A DNA stretch of 63,642 nt, filler included, from Phoronis australis (Eukaryota > Animalia > Phoronida): assembly GCA_002633005.1 (NCBI GenBank). It is 11 parts of 11 records of this genome, joined end to end, with 100 filler letters (N's around TTAATTAATTAA, not from the genome) between each part and the next. Parts side by side here need not be neighbours in the genome. Positions count along the whole stretch, not along the records: positions 44,348 to 59,783 come from NMRA01000080.1; positions 59,884 to 62,463 come from NMRA01003586.1; positions 62,564 to 63,642 come from NMRA01003943.1; 8 more parts are not named here. The stretch is one strand, 5' to 3'. A program made the position numbers and the translations under genes. The notes beneath the pieces were generated by a model, which did not search any database, was not told the origin of the DNA, and saw nothing but the letters and a program-made list of their open reading frames with translations. Positions within the stretch are counted from its first letter, which is position 1. Every line of letters starts with the position of its first letter. This document shows, piece after piece, positions 49,391 through 62,767 of the stretch.

Positions 49391-52300
49391 AACAACCTGC
49401 AAAGCAGGTTCCGGACAAGCTGAGTGAGCAGACCAGCCGGAGTGATAAAAAGAGATATTGTAAGAAACGTGGTGTTGTGGCTCAGTATGTGCCGAGAGCT
49501 GTGACCGGGGTGGAGAGAAGCAAGCTGCAGTAATGGACGCTCAAGTACAGGTCTGGTCGCTAGCCAATGACGTCGGTTCTTGCCTGACGGTAACACGCTC
49601 CGGGCTTGAAGAAGGTACCAGCAGTGGCTGTAAAAACAACAATAACCAACAGCAGATTTTGTTCGGCAAAAGGGATGGAGCGTGGTAAAGGTAGAAAACG
49701 GTTGACGTGAAATTTTGTGGTACCCCGGGTAGGGAGGGCGGGAGAGGTATAAACTTGTCTAATTAGGAAAACTTACGAGTGAATGTACTGTTGCTTGAGG
49801 CTGGGCCAACAGGAAGCTGGAGAGAAAGAACAAACAGCGCAACCATCGGACTTGGTAGGAACTAACCAGCAGTTGGATATGAAGCATGAAGGGCTCTATA
49901 ATGGTATTTGCCCAAATAATAGGATTTATGTCAGAGTGCCATGAATCTCAATATAAAAAAAGCCCATTTAAGAAATTTTGTAAGTTGTTCACACAACCTA
50001 GATCTATCCACAAACATATCTTTCAATGTCCACAGCCCCGCAAACTGGCTTGTAGAAGCACTTGAGTGACACACTTTCAACACTACAAAATTATTATTAT
50101 TATTAATTTTATTTGGTAATCCTTATGTCTCATTTCCTCATTCCATTATGTGTTTTTTGTAATTGCGTTCACTCTACTTGCTTTTTATTGAAAAATTGCT
50201 GTTTTTGGTATGCAAAAACGTGTCATTTTCTTCGTAAACCTTTGAACGCCAATTGGTAAAAAATTAAGAGGCCAGAAAGTGCAAAATTGGTGATTTTTGA
50301 TATCACAGCGACACCACGATCACATACACAAAGTTTAGGCTGAATCTAAAGGATGGCCCCTAGAGTAATTTCTTATTTCTTTTGATTTTCTCGTGGACTC
50401 CCTCTAAACGTTGCGAGTCATGTCCTTCGCTTCAAGTTTCTCTTGCAACACTTTGGATGCATCCTTTACGGACTTCCAAAGAGATCGATGGGAGGCCTGA
50501 TACTTCAAAAGATATAATACTTGTGCCTATATTGAAATCAAGAGAGAGAGGGACGTCTCGTAGCAATAAAAGAGACTAACAGCACTCGCAGAAATTATTG
50601 TCGTCTTAGGTACCAATGGACTTTAAATACAGGGTGTTTGTCGGGTTTGGCGGGTGGTTTGAGGAATTTGTTGAAAGCAAGTGCCAGAAAACTGTTTTTC
50701 TTGTGTTTTTAAATGAGAAAGCGAAGTTTTTTAGCCGTGACCTGGAGGCTGTCGTTTGCTTTCAACCCCTGTCACCTGCTGACTTAGAAACCGTGAGCCA
50801 TTTCAGGTGGCTGTCACACGAATAAAAATTGCCAAAAAAGTAGCTGGTAAGGGGCGTAGTATTACTACATTTTTTTAATCTAAAGAGCACGAGCATTCTG
50901 AATCTGTCAAATTTGGTGTTTTTATCCTATTCTTGTGTGCCGGTATCTTTCCCCGATGTGAATTAGTCGATTAAAAATCTGTACCATAAAATTTCAGTTA
51001 TTATGAGTAGTGCCTTTGAGTTTGGAACGCCAGATTTTTTTTTTGTTTTTTGACACTCTAGATAAGGACGTGAGATAAAGACTCGTCTCTACTTGGGTGT
51101 GTGTCATCAGTCCAAACCTTGCAATAAATGTAGTGTGTCTCCTTAATTGTCATCTGCTCTATGTTGTAACTCGTCCACTGCTGTTTAGTGTAAGCGCGAC
51201 TTACGACGACGTTGATTGCAGTCAGAAAGCCCAGTGGACGGTAGAGCCCTCTGACTTACATTTTGCTACAAGTTTTGGCGTTTTTCTATCATTTAAATGG
51301 CTAAGATCAATAGACGCAGCTGTTTTCACTGGCTTCTCATGGTTTACTGTAAAACAAAAATGTTATTGATAGCAATAAGACAATCTGGACCAAGAAGTCA
51401 TTTCGTGTAACATCTGAAATAAGTTGTGTAGGCATAGATCTTGTTAAACAAAGTTATATTTTGTAAAATGTATGAAAGAAACAAGTTAAAATTCACATGT
51501 TTCAGTTTTTTATCGAGCTGCCGATTTGAGGTAGATACACTATTTGTTTTGTCCACGTTGATCTTTAAAATGAGTAAACTTTGATATACTTCGTCTTAAA
51601 TGTGACCCACAACTTGTGAAAAAGCTAAGAAAATTGTCTCTGAGTGACTAGTTCTTTTAATTTTCCCAAAAAGCTTGGTTTCTTTCAGACTTCAAAATCT
51701 TGAGATTTGGCATTTACACAACATTCAGTCAAAATTCCGACTTCAAATCAAATTAACTTACGTAATAATCAGTTAAATGAAATCTGTGGCACAGACTAAT
51801 TTGAATCGGATTTCAATATTTGGTATTTCGAAAAAAGTGATCAAGAGATAGCTCAGAAATAAACTTGAGCGTATTGCCACTACTGTGAAATAATGAACTA
51901 AGAAAACGTGTTTAAAGTTTTGCAGTTATCATTTGCTACTTTTGGTAAACTTTCACTAAAAATCTGTATGCACACTTTTACAGAACGTGTTAGAAAGACA
52001 CCAGAGGGTACTTTCTACCGCAAAATAACCAACTTTTCAGTTGGTGTATTGCAACACTTGAGCTATTTTTCTTAAAATGTATGTGCTTCTCAAACCCAAG
52101 TCTATTGTGCATTTTTACAAAGAGGCTTGGTGTGATGGTGTAATTTGGTGGTCTAAGCGCCCAGATTCTGTGATTTTTAATAGCCCTTTGGTCGATAATC
52201 AAAACTTTACAACCATCAAAAAAACTAATTTTTGGTCGACGGTGCAGCAATTCCACTAACTATAGAGATTGATAAAATACGTCAGGTTGTAAATAAAGAA

Positions 52301-53975
52301 ATTGTAACACATCGGTTGTCTTCTAGGCATTGATGACTGATTTTAAAACACCGGGGCAGTTTTGTAAATCGGTGGATAACTTAAATGAAGGACCAAAACC
52401 AGGTACACTGAAGAAAACTCGAAGCCAGCTTTAGACCTAAAATCTAATATAAGCCTCAAAGTACTGAAAATAATTTTTCTAACCGTTACAATTACAAAAT
52501 TGCGAGTAAACGAAACTGTTTGAGCTTTAATGATTTAGATCTATCAATTATTATGGGTAACCAAACTGATCAGTGCTTTTACAATGTCATAAAATAGCTC
52601 AATGATGTTAACAACATTGCCGACCACAAAAGATTGCATTTTCTTAGTTTTTGAGGTTTCAGTTAGCTAATATGAAATGAATTCCATAAACGCTATCTAA
52701 ATAAGTACTTTTTATGCCAAATAGTCGCAAATTGTTTTAATCTTTGAGACAAAATAGTTATTTTCAAATTTCAAGCCGAATAATGTAATGGGTGGAAGTC
52801 GTTTGGTCACTTGACAATCAATTGCAATGACGGAACACAGCAGATCAGAAGACGGAAGGATTTTGTGCGAGAACTGGAAAATTATTATGCAGACAGAGAG
52901 GAGAGTGGATATGGGCATCACACTCAATTACTTGAAGAATCCGACAATGAATTTGATTTCCCACCTAACGAACTTTCTTCGCCTGGCTTTGAGACCGTAT
53001 GACCTCGACCCACTTGCACGAGAAATGCTACAGGCATATGTAAGCCACAACCAGCTGAACCAAAGGGTGATCAATATTCACAAAATAGACAACTTGTAAA
53101 CACTGACAAAAACCACAGAAAACCTGGGTCACTCGTATTCGATCTAAGCACAATGCATAAGCCTACGTGTCCTAGCACTGAGCCGGAGTCGAGGGCCTCG
53201 CTCTAGAATGGAAGCAGTTTGTTCGTTATTTATAACATTTGCAAATACGCTTACAAGGTGGAGAGTCTTTTATCGTAACGCCGCTTTTGTGTATGGTCGA
53301 AACACTGTTCCTTGAAATATGCGGAGCAAAATGTGGCTCACAACTGAATCGCACGTTTCATAATGACATTCCATACCTTCGTGCGGACCACAAAGCGATG
53401 GCATTCCCGTGCAATGTTTACGTATTTAGGAAATTTGAACACAGAAATGTTCTCATTCAAGTTGCTGTTACTGATCCTTCCCAAGCGCACCAACTCATGT
53501 ATGAAAAAGACAGCTCTCAGTGGACTTTCCTCACTGGCTCGCCAGAGCGGTTCAAAAATGGCGAGTTAAGCCGCATAATATCGTTACGTCATGATACATC
53601 ACCCAAACTGTGCCAACTAGAATGGCAAACTTTCCGTAGCCAGTTCCTTCTGTAGAGCAGTTGGCTAAGGAAACGAAACAACTTCGGGTCCCTAACCGTT
53701 TGCAAACTTGGGGAGACGAAATTTGTTTCGTGCTCCCAGTCACTCCGCTAATTCTAGTAGGTTACATTTTCACCGATGGAAGTCGCTTTCTCCTCGTAAC
53801 TAAACATTTGTGTTGAAGTGTTGCGTAGCATAAGTAATCTGGATTCATTAATAATTGGAATCGTGGTGAACAATACTGACGATCATTTCGCAATCTTTTT
53901 AAGTCCGGTGTGCACGCCACCTGTCCAATGACCACGTTACGTGACCTAATGAACATCAGTCTGAAAATATTTCTT

Positions 53976-54047
53976 CCCCTACCCGGACTCGAACCCGAGA
54001 CCTTCGGCTAACTGTGCAAAACTCCAATACACTGAGCCATTGGGACC
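53976..54047 (-). mobile_element. tRNA-derived SINE head or tRNA pseudogene
   Basis: TGGCTCAGTG box A, GGTTCGAGTCC box B; stems do not close. Confidence 0.55.
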
Positions 54048-55766
54048 ACTGGTCGAACACAAAAATCCAATGAGACTGTGTTGACAGACGGTCATTTCAT
54101 AAAATTCTGATTTACCGCAGTGACCTAGTCATCACATTGACACAGACTGAAATGCGTACTAGGTATGATTATCATTTTGTTTTGATTAATTACAGCGTTT
54201 TAAGGAAACGCATTCTCATCAGGAACACAGAAAAATGTACTGGAAGCTGCAACATTCCAACTTATACACCGGGCATCTTTGGTGACGTAATACTGCCTTA
54301 TCTAGGATGTGGTAAGGAGTCCCAAGAACAGTCCTCAATAGTAAACACGGCCCAGGGAGTTTCTAAATTCTGCCTGGCGCAATGAGGCGTTTCTCTGTTT
54401 TCTTTCGTGTTTTTGGTAATGCACGTAGGGTGTGGATCGCTACTGTCTAAAATTGGCATATGGGTGATGGAGATTTGGAAACAACTATCCAACCTTTTGC
54501 ACCAAGGTAACTAACAGTGTCTTGTAGACGACAAAGATCTTGAATACAGCATTAATTTAATTTTTAAGTGTCGCCGTTGTTAATTGACCAAACATGAACT
54601 TCACCTGGCCATTAGCAAGCCTTGCACAATTCATGAACATACACTGGAGCATTCCAGATCCCAATTTGCTTCCGTTTCGCCATCACTGTCATGATTTCGT
54701 GTAAATTAATTGCATTTTTTGTGTATTTGTACAGGTATAGGTTGTACATCTTTTATACATTATTGGCTCAGTGCACACATTATCATTGACGAGCCATAGA
54801 TCAACAGCCAGTGTACCAGTCATTGAATTGTGTTTGCGATACAAAGGGATAACAAATATATGCTCGAACAGTCGTACATCTATCATTTGTAACGCACAAA
54901 CATGCATATTCGACCGTTATTCTGTGAATGCAAAACAAAAGTGAAAACAACTGTGCTCAATAGAAATACTCTGTAAGCAAAACGAAAGTGAAAGAAAAAG
55001 TGCGCCCAAAAATAACGGTTCATGTAGTTTGTTCGTTTCTGAATGGTTACCTTGGGAGTTATGTTCACTGTTTCGGTTGGCATTTGTCTGAAATGTTAAA
55101 ATAATTATTTATTTTGTTGATTTCAAGTAATCATTGTTCTGTCACCTTCTAATGCATCATTGGCGCACCACTCGCGCGATAAAACAAGCTTGATGTAACT
55201 AAAAACTCATAACCCCTGTGTCATACATTAGATATCATTGTTGCTGATGTGTGGTCTACATGGCTGTTACTCGTCTAATGCGTAGGTCACACTTGCCCCT
55301 TTACCAGATTTTGTTAAGAATTTTCCAAAATTTTCCCAAAACTTTTTAGGGTTTTAGATGCATGGTTTTGTTTCAGGGCAATATATTTGGGAAAGTCGTT
55401 TTAGTATCTGTTAATAGGTCAAAACCGAGTTTGGTATTTTTATAAAGGTGCATCTAATTCACACCAAGGACATGAAGGTAACAATCACAAAACGAACTTT
55501 CAGAGTTGTCATACAATGCTTTACCTCGCTATGATATAGGCGTATAGGTATTGACGGTTGACCTTACCATTGACGTGAACATACTTAGTAAAAACATTTT
55601 AGATATGTTGGCTGACCTCTCCAAAAATGATGTCAACGTGATGAAAAAATAAAAACGAATGTTTATTTATATATCTACGTAAGTAAGCTATTCAAAAAAT
55701 TCTCAGAAAGAATAAAGTTGCGCAGAAGACGCAATTCACCAAACTCAAATGGAAAGAAAGCACTTG

Positions 55767-55842
55767 ATTGGCTGAAGGATGACAGCTATTACCATTTATG
55801 GAAAGTGAATTGATTAAATTGGTGTGTATCCAGGATATAAAA
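55767..55842 (+). promoter_or_regulatory. Candidate CCAAT + TATA promoter
   Basis: GATTGGCT at ~55767, TATAAAA at 55836, donor-like sites downstream at ~55923 and ~56135. Confidence 0.3.
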
Positions 55843-56821
55843 CGCAAAAGAACAGGTCATTTGCATTTGTTGTTAGTCATACGCAAAAACAGACTACCAG
55901 GTTAAAACCAGTGGGTCTGTAAGGTAGGATATGTTGACAAAATGCTGAAATAATCCTGTTGACTGTCAAATATTTGCAGCAACATTTAGATTATAAAAGC
56001 TTTGGATTATATTTGACATTTGCCATATGTTATTCAAGGACCACAGATCTGCATCACAGCAATAAGCAGGTATTTTCAAAGTTAAAACGCCCGAAAAGGA
56101 AGCCAAAAAGACGCTACTTTCACCAAAGTTACAGGTGAGTTGTTTTGGAGAAACTTTAAAAATACGTAATATATATTACTTACGGTAAAATAGTGCCAAC
56201 CATCAACTAAATTTTATACAAATGCCAGTTATATGTGTGCTTTTAACGACTGCAATCACTTTCATTTCGATAATATTTAAAACAAATTATTTCTTATTAA
56301 TTTTCACTTGTTTAGAAAACAGGAAGAGAGGTGTCAATAAAATAGTAACCTTTCGCAATTTTTCAATGCTGCATGTAATTGCGGTTTTATGGCCACTTTA
56401 TCCAAAGTGAAATTAAATTCTGTCCAACTGTGACAGCCATTTCGTTGCAGTAATATCAGAAATCCAAACATTTATAAAAACTAACGTTAATGCTGAGGGA
56501 GCTTCGTCCTGGAGTAAGTCTAAATTGAAGTGGTCGTAGTCTAATTCCTTTAACGAGGCTATAACTCGAAGACGCTGAGAGCGTCTTTTGAAGCGTAGTT
56601 CATCCGTAATTCATTAGGAGCGCAATTTTCAAACATGAACAACTGAATTCATCATCAGGCATTTCTAAATATGCCAGATTGCTCTCTGAAGGTTTTTCCC
56701 GGACCAATATACAATAAGTCATCAAACAATGTTTACATTATCCATAAGCATTTGTCGGATACCTAAATGTATATTCTTCACAACCGATTCTTATCTCCAG
56801 TCTATGCTCTCCCTTTTATAG

Positions 56822-56936
56822 ATTCCTTCGAAGAAAACAACCACCGATAACGTTCCAGTCTCTGATCACTCGAGCAGCCCTAGGGCGAACTGCCAATATT
56901 GGGGATCTGTATGATGCAACGACTGACACATTTGTG
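56822..56936 (+). CDS. Stonustoxin/neoverrucotoxin-like N-terminal exon (possibly a pseudo-exon)
   Basis: ctcccttttatag acceptor, GTAAGA donor; LITRAALGRTANIGDLYDATTDTFV fits the remembered ALGRxxxLGxLYDA motif. Confidence 0.55.
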
Positions 56937-57303
56937 GTAAGAACAATTCTTGTTAACTGTCATAGTTTTAAGTTTCTAAGAATGCCGCAACGACTTTAAC
57001 AACTATAAAGCTTATGGATTTTCGATTTCAGCAGAAATTAATAAAGTTCTGCTGTGCTCCTTCATCTTCGCATTTCAAATTTTTAATGGAAATCCATGGT
57101 TCATGTTTCTCAGTTTTTCTCAGTACAATATTCCTCGGAGTTCCAAATAAAGGGCTAAACTCATTGCTAATTCTAATATATCAATTAGTCGACCGCTACT
57201 GTTGGAAATCGTCCGGCCAATAAATCAAGTTAGTGGCGGCGTATCTTCTCATCGTAGCACTTATAAAATGTGCTCCCTTCGGTACACCCTTTTGATCATG
57301 TTG

Positions 57304-57460
57304 AAATAGGAACCGACCAACTCATCGTATTCACCGTGTGATTATAAATAGGAGTGCTAACTCACCATATTTACCATTAGTAAATAGAAATTGTATTCAT
57401 CATTTGGAAATAGGAGTGCTAACTCACCGTATTCATCATGATTAAATAGTAACGCTAACA
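57304..57460. repeat. Degenerate tandem repeat (AAATAGGAGTGCTAACTCACCGTATTCA..)
   Basis: 4-5 imperfect units. Confidence 0.65.
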
Positions 57461-59783
57461 CAAAATAAACTCACTCTTAACGTTAGTAAAACCAACTCGA
57501 TGATGTTGGGAACTCACCGGAAACAAAAAAAAAACAAAAAATGTTTTACTATTATGGCTCATGATGCACCGGAAACTGTGAATCAACGCTACTGATGACT
57601 AACTTTACGAAACTTCAACCGAACCAAAAATGAAAGGGCTGCACGGCTGGCTTGCTCTGGCCGACAGCATTTTTGACTTCTTTCTGGGATTTCTATCTAG
57701 ATAGGCGTAACTGGTGAACTGGTTTGATAACTTTAACATTACCAAGAATGAGTTTAATATTTTATGTGTTAAGTATCAGTCCACGGATCCACCGACCACT
57801 ACAGCCAACAAGCGGCAAGGTGGGGGGTCAGCCATTCAGATCCATGTTTAGTCTGATAAATCACATTAGGGATGAGAGAAATTGGGTGAAGTATGACACC
57901 ACAAAGCTTGGTGGTTTAGGAGATACAAGGGAAGTGTTCTGGGGGTCAAAATGAGGCAATTTCTTGATGTGGAATGAGTCATTTTTGCCCACATTTTCTA
58001 CTCCAGTTTCTGCTTCAAACCGAATCTTTTCTGAACAATTTAGATATCACATGAAAGGTTCATGACCAATGTCAGCAAAAACGGCATCGACACTGAAATA
58101 TCGGTTACCATGGTAACACTGGAACTGTTTCCGTGGAGGTACATTTCCTTCTTGTGAAAAACCAGCAGTAAGTTGTACCCTTATAGCGAAGCTGCCCCGC
58201 GAGAAAACTAGAAATAATAACATGGACATGTAGAAGACTCCATGCCCTTGAAATGAATACAATAAAAACTTTGTCAGCTGTTCAGGCAGGGTTGGTAATA
58301 GGTGTCTGAATTTCACTATTTTCAGACCGCGTATGTGTATTTGTCATGTTAAACTAGACACTAGTTGAGCGCCGTTTCTACGCATTAATATGCCGTGGTA
58401 TAATACAACAATTAAAAGAATTGGTTTGCTGAAATGTTTTTCATTAATTTTAAGGACACTAGCATGTCCCACTAAAATATGAAATTATACTAAATTTGTT
58501 CATCCAACTCGTCTGAATACCAAACTAAAGCTTACAATGCGTTAGTTGAATGATGGCTGACCTAAAGTGCGGGTTTGCGAATTTATCTATTTATCTGGCA
58601 CCGCCAGTCGCATCGAATGTGGTATTTCTACAAATTGCGGAGAGAAACAATTTTGGAAACTCTCGGGAAATGCACAAGGAAAAGAGCGAGATATTTGAGC
58701 ACCTTATAAGAGTAAGTGGAGCTGATGTGGATGTGGAACGTGTCCTGAGAAGTAGTCAGTCTCAGTGTCTGCCTCGGAGGCAGCTGTGCAGCAGGAGCTT
58801 CACTTGACCGAATCATCGTTACAACACTCGAGATATATTGGCGTCGCCAAAGACACTGAGTACATCCACTGCACACTGGAGGAGAAATCTGATTAGAGGT
58901 CTGAAAAATGACCAAAGACGTTAAGTCAAGGTTCAACGTCCTGCTCAGGTAGGAATCACTAACCTCCAGGGTCTGACCCTGAGGAATATTTAGAAGCACG
59001 CCATTCATGCAAAATACTTTTATTGAACACTGTGACTGCTTATAACTTGGGCTTTATTGCTTAATCATATCTTATTCAAATGTGTTGATGTTTATGCTAC
59101 TACATGTATACATTGGCATAGAAAATAGGTAGTCATCATAACTTTTCATAACAACCACCAAATGTGTAACATGACTTCTGCCCATGAACTACTTTTAGAG
59201 AGTAGGGAGTATGCTATGTCTGCCAATGAATTTCTGCGATTATGAAGTTAATTAAACACGCTAAAGCCGTCAAAAATATTGGTGCCTTCACTTTAGCTTG
59301 GTATTCATATTTTCTGAGCCGAAATGGCCACATTAAATTTAATATGTTTAATTTTTTCATTAATACAATTTTAGGACTCAGGAAAAGCTTATGCTGCAGA
59401 AGTGTCTTCTGCTGAAGTTGGAGACCTGCCGATTATTAGTAAAGGTTGGGTATGGAAAAGTTCACAACCAGCAAGAAGGTACCCTTCTGGACAACTAAGT
59501 GAGGGGGCTAGAGAGAGGCCGAAAAAAAGTCTACTCCCAGAAGATATGTCAAAGAGAATTTGTAGCTTGAGGAACGAGTCGGGGAAAAAGTATTTGCCAA
59601 AGATTACTGGCTTATACCACAACAGGTACAAAGTAATTTGTTGAGATAGGCCACTCTCAGCAAATGTGGGGAAACTGGGACAGAGGAAGTGGAGTATGCA
59701 TTGAAAGAGGCAATCTGCGATTGTCAAGGATGTAGCATTGTAAAAATTCAAAAGGAGGAAGCAGTACAGTGGCTGGACCTGTA

Positions 59784-59883
59784 NNNNNNNNNNNNNNNNN
59801 NNNNNNNNNNNNNNNNNNNNNNNNNNNTTAATTAATTAANNNNNNNNNNNNNNNNNNNNNNNNNNNNNNNNNNNNNNNNNNNN
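59784..59883. other. Artificial contig-join spacer
   Basis: N44-TTAATTAATTAA-N44. Confidence 0.98.
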
Positions 59884-60014
59884 CATTGAGTACAGACGCA
59901 CCAGGGGTCAAAAGGTCAATCACGTTTTCGTTGTATATTTCGACCATTGACACTTTGAGGGTGTACTCAACCTGTGATCGCTCAGAGGTGATGCGTAGCA
60001 GTTCTTGAATAGCC
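59884..60014 (-). CDS. Kinesin-14 (KIFC3-like) motor exon, cut by contig edge
   Basis: AIQELLRITSERSQVEYTLKVSMVEIYNENVIDLL; phase-2 acceptor matches the previous exon. Confidence 0.9.
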
Positions 60015-60189
60015 CTGAGAATGAAGTGAAACAAACACAATCAACTTCTTCAAAAACAACCCATGTTACTTAGTTTGCCATACACAGTTATATCTGAAAA
60101 GTCACATCAAGTGACATGAAAACTGCAAGTCTGAAAAGAATTCTGACCGCACCAGGCTTACTTTGGTCTTTTTAGCAGTCTGAGCTGAG

Positions 60190-61200
60190 GATCTAGTTCA
60201 TTGCACTATCCAGACTGGGGGTAGAACACAGTTCGTGCAAATGATCTAGTCCAAGGTGATATTCGGACCACAAGTAGAACACAGTCCGTGCATACAATTT
60301 AGTCCAATGTGATAATGATATACGGACCACAGGTAGAACATAATCCATGCAGACAATCTAGTCTAATGAGATATCTGGACAACAGCTAGAACACAGTCCA
60401 TGCAGACAATTTAGTCCAATGTGATAATGAAATACGGACCACAGGTAGAACATAGTCCATGCAGACAATCTAGTCTAATGCGATATACGGACCACTGGTA
60501 GAGCACAGTCCATGCAGACAATCTAGTTTAATGTGATATCCATACCACTGGTAGAGCACAGTCCATGCAGAACAATTTAGTCCAATGTGATAATGAAATA
60601 CGGATCACAGGTAGAACATAGTCCATGCAGACAATCTAGTCTAATGCGGAATACGGACCACTGGTAGAGCACAGTCCATACAGACAATTTAGTCTAATGT
60701 GATATCTGGACAACAGCTAGAACACAGTCCATGCAGACAATTTAGTCCAATGTGATAATGAAATACGGACCACAGGTAGAACATAGTCCATGCAGACAAT
60801 CTAGTCTAATGCGATATACGGACCACTGGTAGAGCACAGTCCATGCAGACAATCTAGTCTAATGTGATATACGGACCACTGGTAGAGCACAGTCCATGCA
60901 AACAATATAGTCTAATGCGATATACGGACCACTGGTAGAGCACAGTCCATGCAGACAATCTAGTCTAATGCGATATACATGTACGGACCATTGGTAGAGC
61001 ACAGTCCATGCAGACAATATAGTCTAATGTGATATACGGACCACTGGTAGAGCACATTCCATGCAGATGATCTAGTCTAATGCGATCTACGGACCACTGG
61101 TAGAGCACAGTCCATGCAGACAATCTAGTCTAATGTGATACCCATACCACTGGTAGAGCACAGTCCATGCAGATGATCTAGTCCAATGTGACATCCAGAC
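60190..61200. repeat. 53-bp minisatellite (~18 units, some with a 6-bp insert) in the kinesin intron
   Basis: GGTAGAGCACAGTCCATGCAGACAATCTAGTCTAATG(T/C)GATATACGGACCACT. Confidence 0.95.
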
Positions 61201-61370
61201 CAATGATCAAACATAAAAATCAAACTACAAGTTTTCAGTTCCAAACAGAGACTTGTATTTAACAGGTCACGTGACAAGACTTATCTAAGATCTTCAATTA
61301 GTAGTAGTAATAACAACAACAACAATAACAAAAATAATTACAACTCTCTTCATGTGATTCCTCCACAGAC

Positions 61371-61507
61371 CTTATGTTAACTCCAGGGTCACTGGACGGT
61401 CCCATCATGGTGTGTGTTTTGCCTGAGCCTGTTTGTCCATAAGCAAGGATGCAAACGTTATATCCATCAACACAAGATGTCACTATGGGTAGCGTATCCT
61501 CAAACAC
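61371..61507 (-). CDS. Kinesin-14 (KIFC3-like) motor P-loop exon
   Basis: [42 protein letters not shown]; the SCxDGYNVCI context is typical of kinesin-14. Confidence 0.92.
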
Positions 61508-62463
61508 CTATAAGGAACATGGAGAGTTCAAGTGAGCCTTAACTTGGATGATGTAAACGGAGTGTGATAGAAAATATGTATATTGACTACTATCAGTTCA
61601 AATTTAGTGAAAAGTTTCAGTGCATGGTCTTGAATATAAATAATAATCATCGAAAATACGCATCACATATTAGTCAAAATACTCTATATAGGCAAACAAA
61701 ATTTAATTCAAACATGGCTTTACCCAAATCTTCAATAAAATCAAACTTAGTAGAGCACTAGTAGAGCAATAGAAAGACCCCCTTCTACGGAGTACACACC
61801 TGCTTTTGGGATGTGTCTGGTCCAAACACTCTGTTAAACTCAAACCTCTTCACACTTCCACTCACTCTGACCACAAGTTCTTCCTCTGAAGGAAACTCCA
61901 TACAACAGTCCACCAGCAAATCCTTACGACAGCGCGCAAAGACGCGAATGTTGCCTCGTAAATCTTGAAGCTATTAAGTAGACAAAAATTAGACAACACA
62001 CATTCAAAATCTGTGATATACAGTGCATGGTAAAAGAAATCAAACAAAATAAGTTTTTTATCATGACAGCAAAAATTCTGCAAAATTCTAATAATAGAAT
62101 GGTTTAGCCATTAAACTTTTCTGTGAATTCCTCTTCGCGCTCAGTCATAACAGAAAGCTTGACTGACAAAGAATCTGCCTTCTGTCCAGCCAACATGACA
62201 AGGAATTCTGGGTACTTTTGTCTGAATACTTTTGACATTTACTGTACTAGAGAGGCAGTCCAAATACAGGAATCACTATTTGTCGCCCAGTTTCAAGGGG
62301 TGTGTTCTGTAGATTCAAGACCACACAAGTGTTATGCAAGCACGTTCGGGAGTGGCATATCAAAATGGTGGTGATTGGTCGGTGAGATTGGAATGTTGAA
62401 TTATGGGATAGAATTCATTGTTTCTATTCCAGAAGCATAGATTTCTAGGCGAAAGTAGTTGGC

Positions 62464-62563
62464 NNNNNNNNNNNNNNNNNNNNNNNNNNNNNNNNNNNNN
62501 NNNNNNNTTAATTAATTAANNNNNNNNNNNNNNNNNNNNNNNNNNNNNNNNNNNNNNNNNNNN
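62464..62563. other. Artificial contig-join spacer
   Basis: N44-TTAATTAATTAA-N44. Confidence 0.98.
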
Positions 62564-62767
62564 TCTCAACTTGGTCCTTAGTCAAAACAATGTTTCTAGA
62601 CCACTTGCTGTTATGAAATTGGTCTCAAATTGGTCCTTAGTCAAAACAATGTTTCTAGACCACTTGCTGTTATGAAATTGGTCTGAACTTGGTCCTTAGT
62701 CAAAACAATGCTTCTAGACCACTTGCTGTTATGAAATTGGTCACAAATTGGTCCTTAGTCAAAACAA
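62564..62767. repeat. 59-bp minisatellite, ~3.5 copies
   Basis: TTGGTCCTTAGTCAAAACAATGTTTCTAGACCACTTGCTGTTATGAAATTGG core. Confidence 0.95.

Noticed and set aside
49397-49628. Minus-strand AG..GT-bounded segment as an exon
   Set aside because: Weak donor, no recognisable peptide, repeat-like surroundings.
53976-54047. Functional tRNA gene
   Set aside because: A and B boxes are present but the acceptor and anticodon stems do not pair; treated as a SINE head or pseudo-tRNA, as are 24982, 36396 and 36645.
58550-59783. ORFs as a continuation of the stonustoxin-like gene
   Set aside because: No family motifs and stops in each frame.
60190-61200. CRISPR-like array
   Set aside because: Units are contiguous with no unique spacers, there are no cas genes, and it lies in a spliceosomal intron. 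The same applies to the 35-, 44-, 30- and 59-bp arrays.
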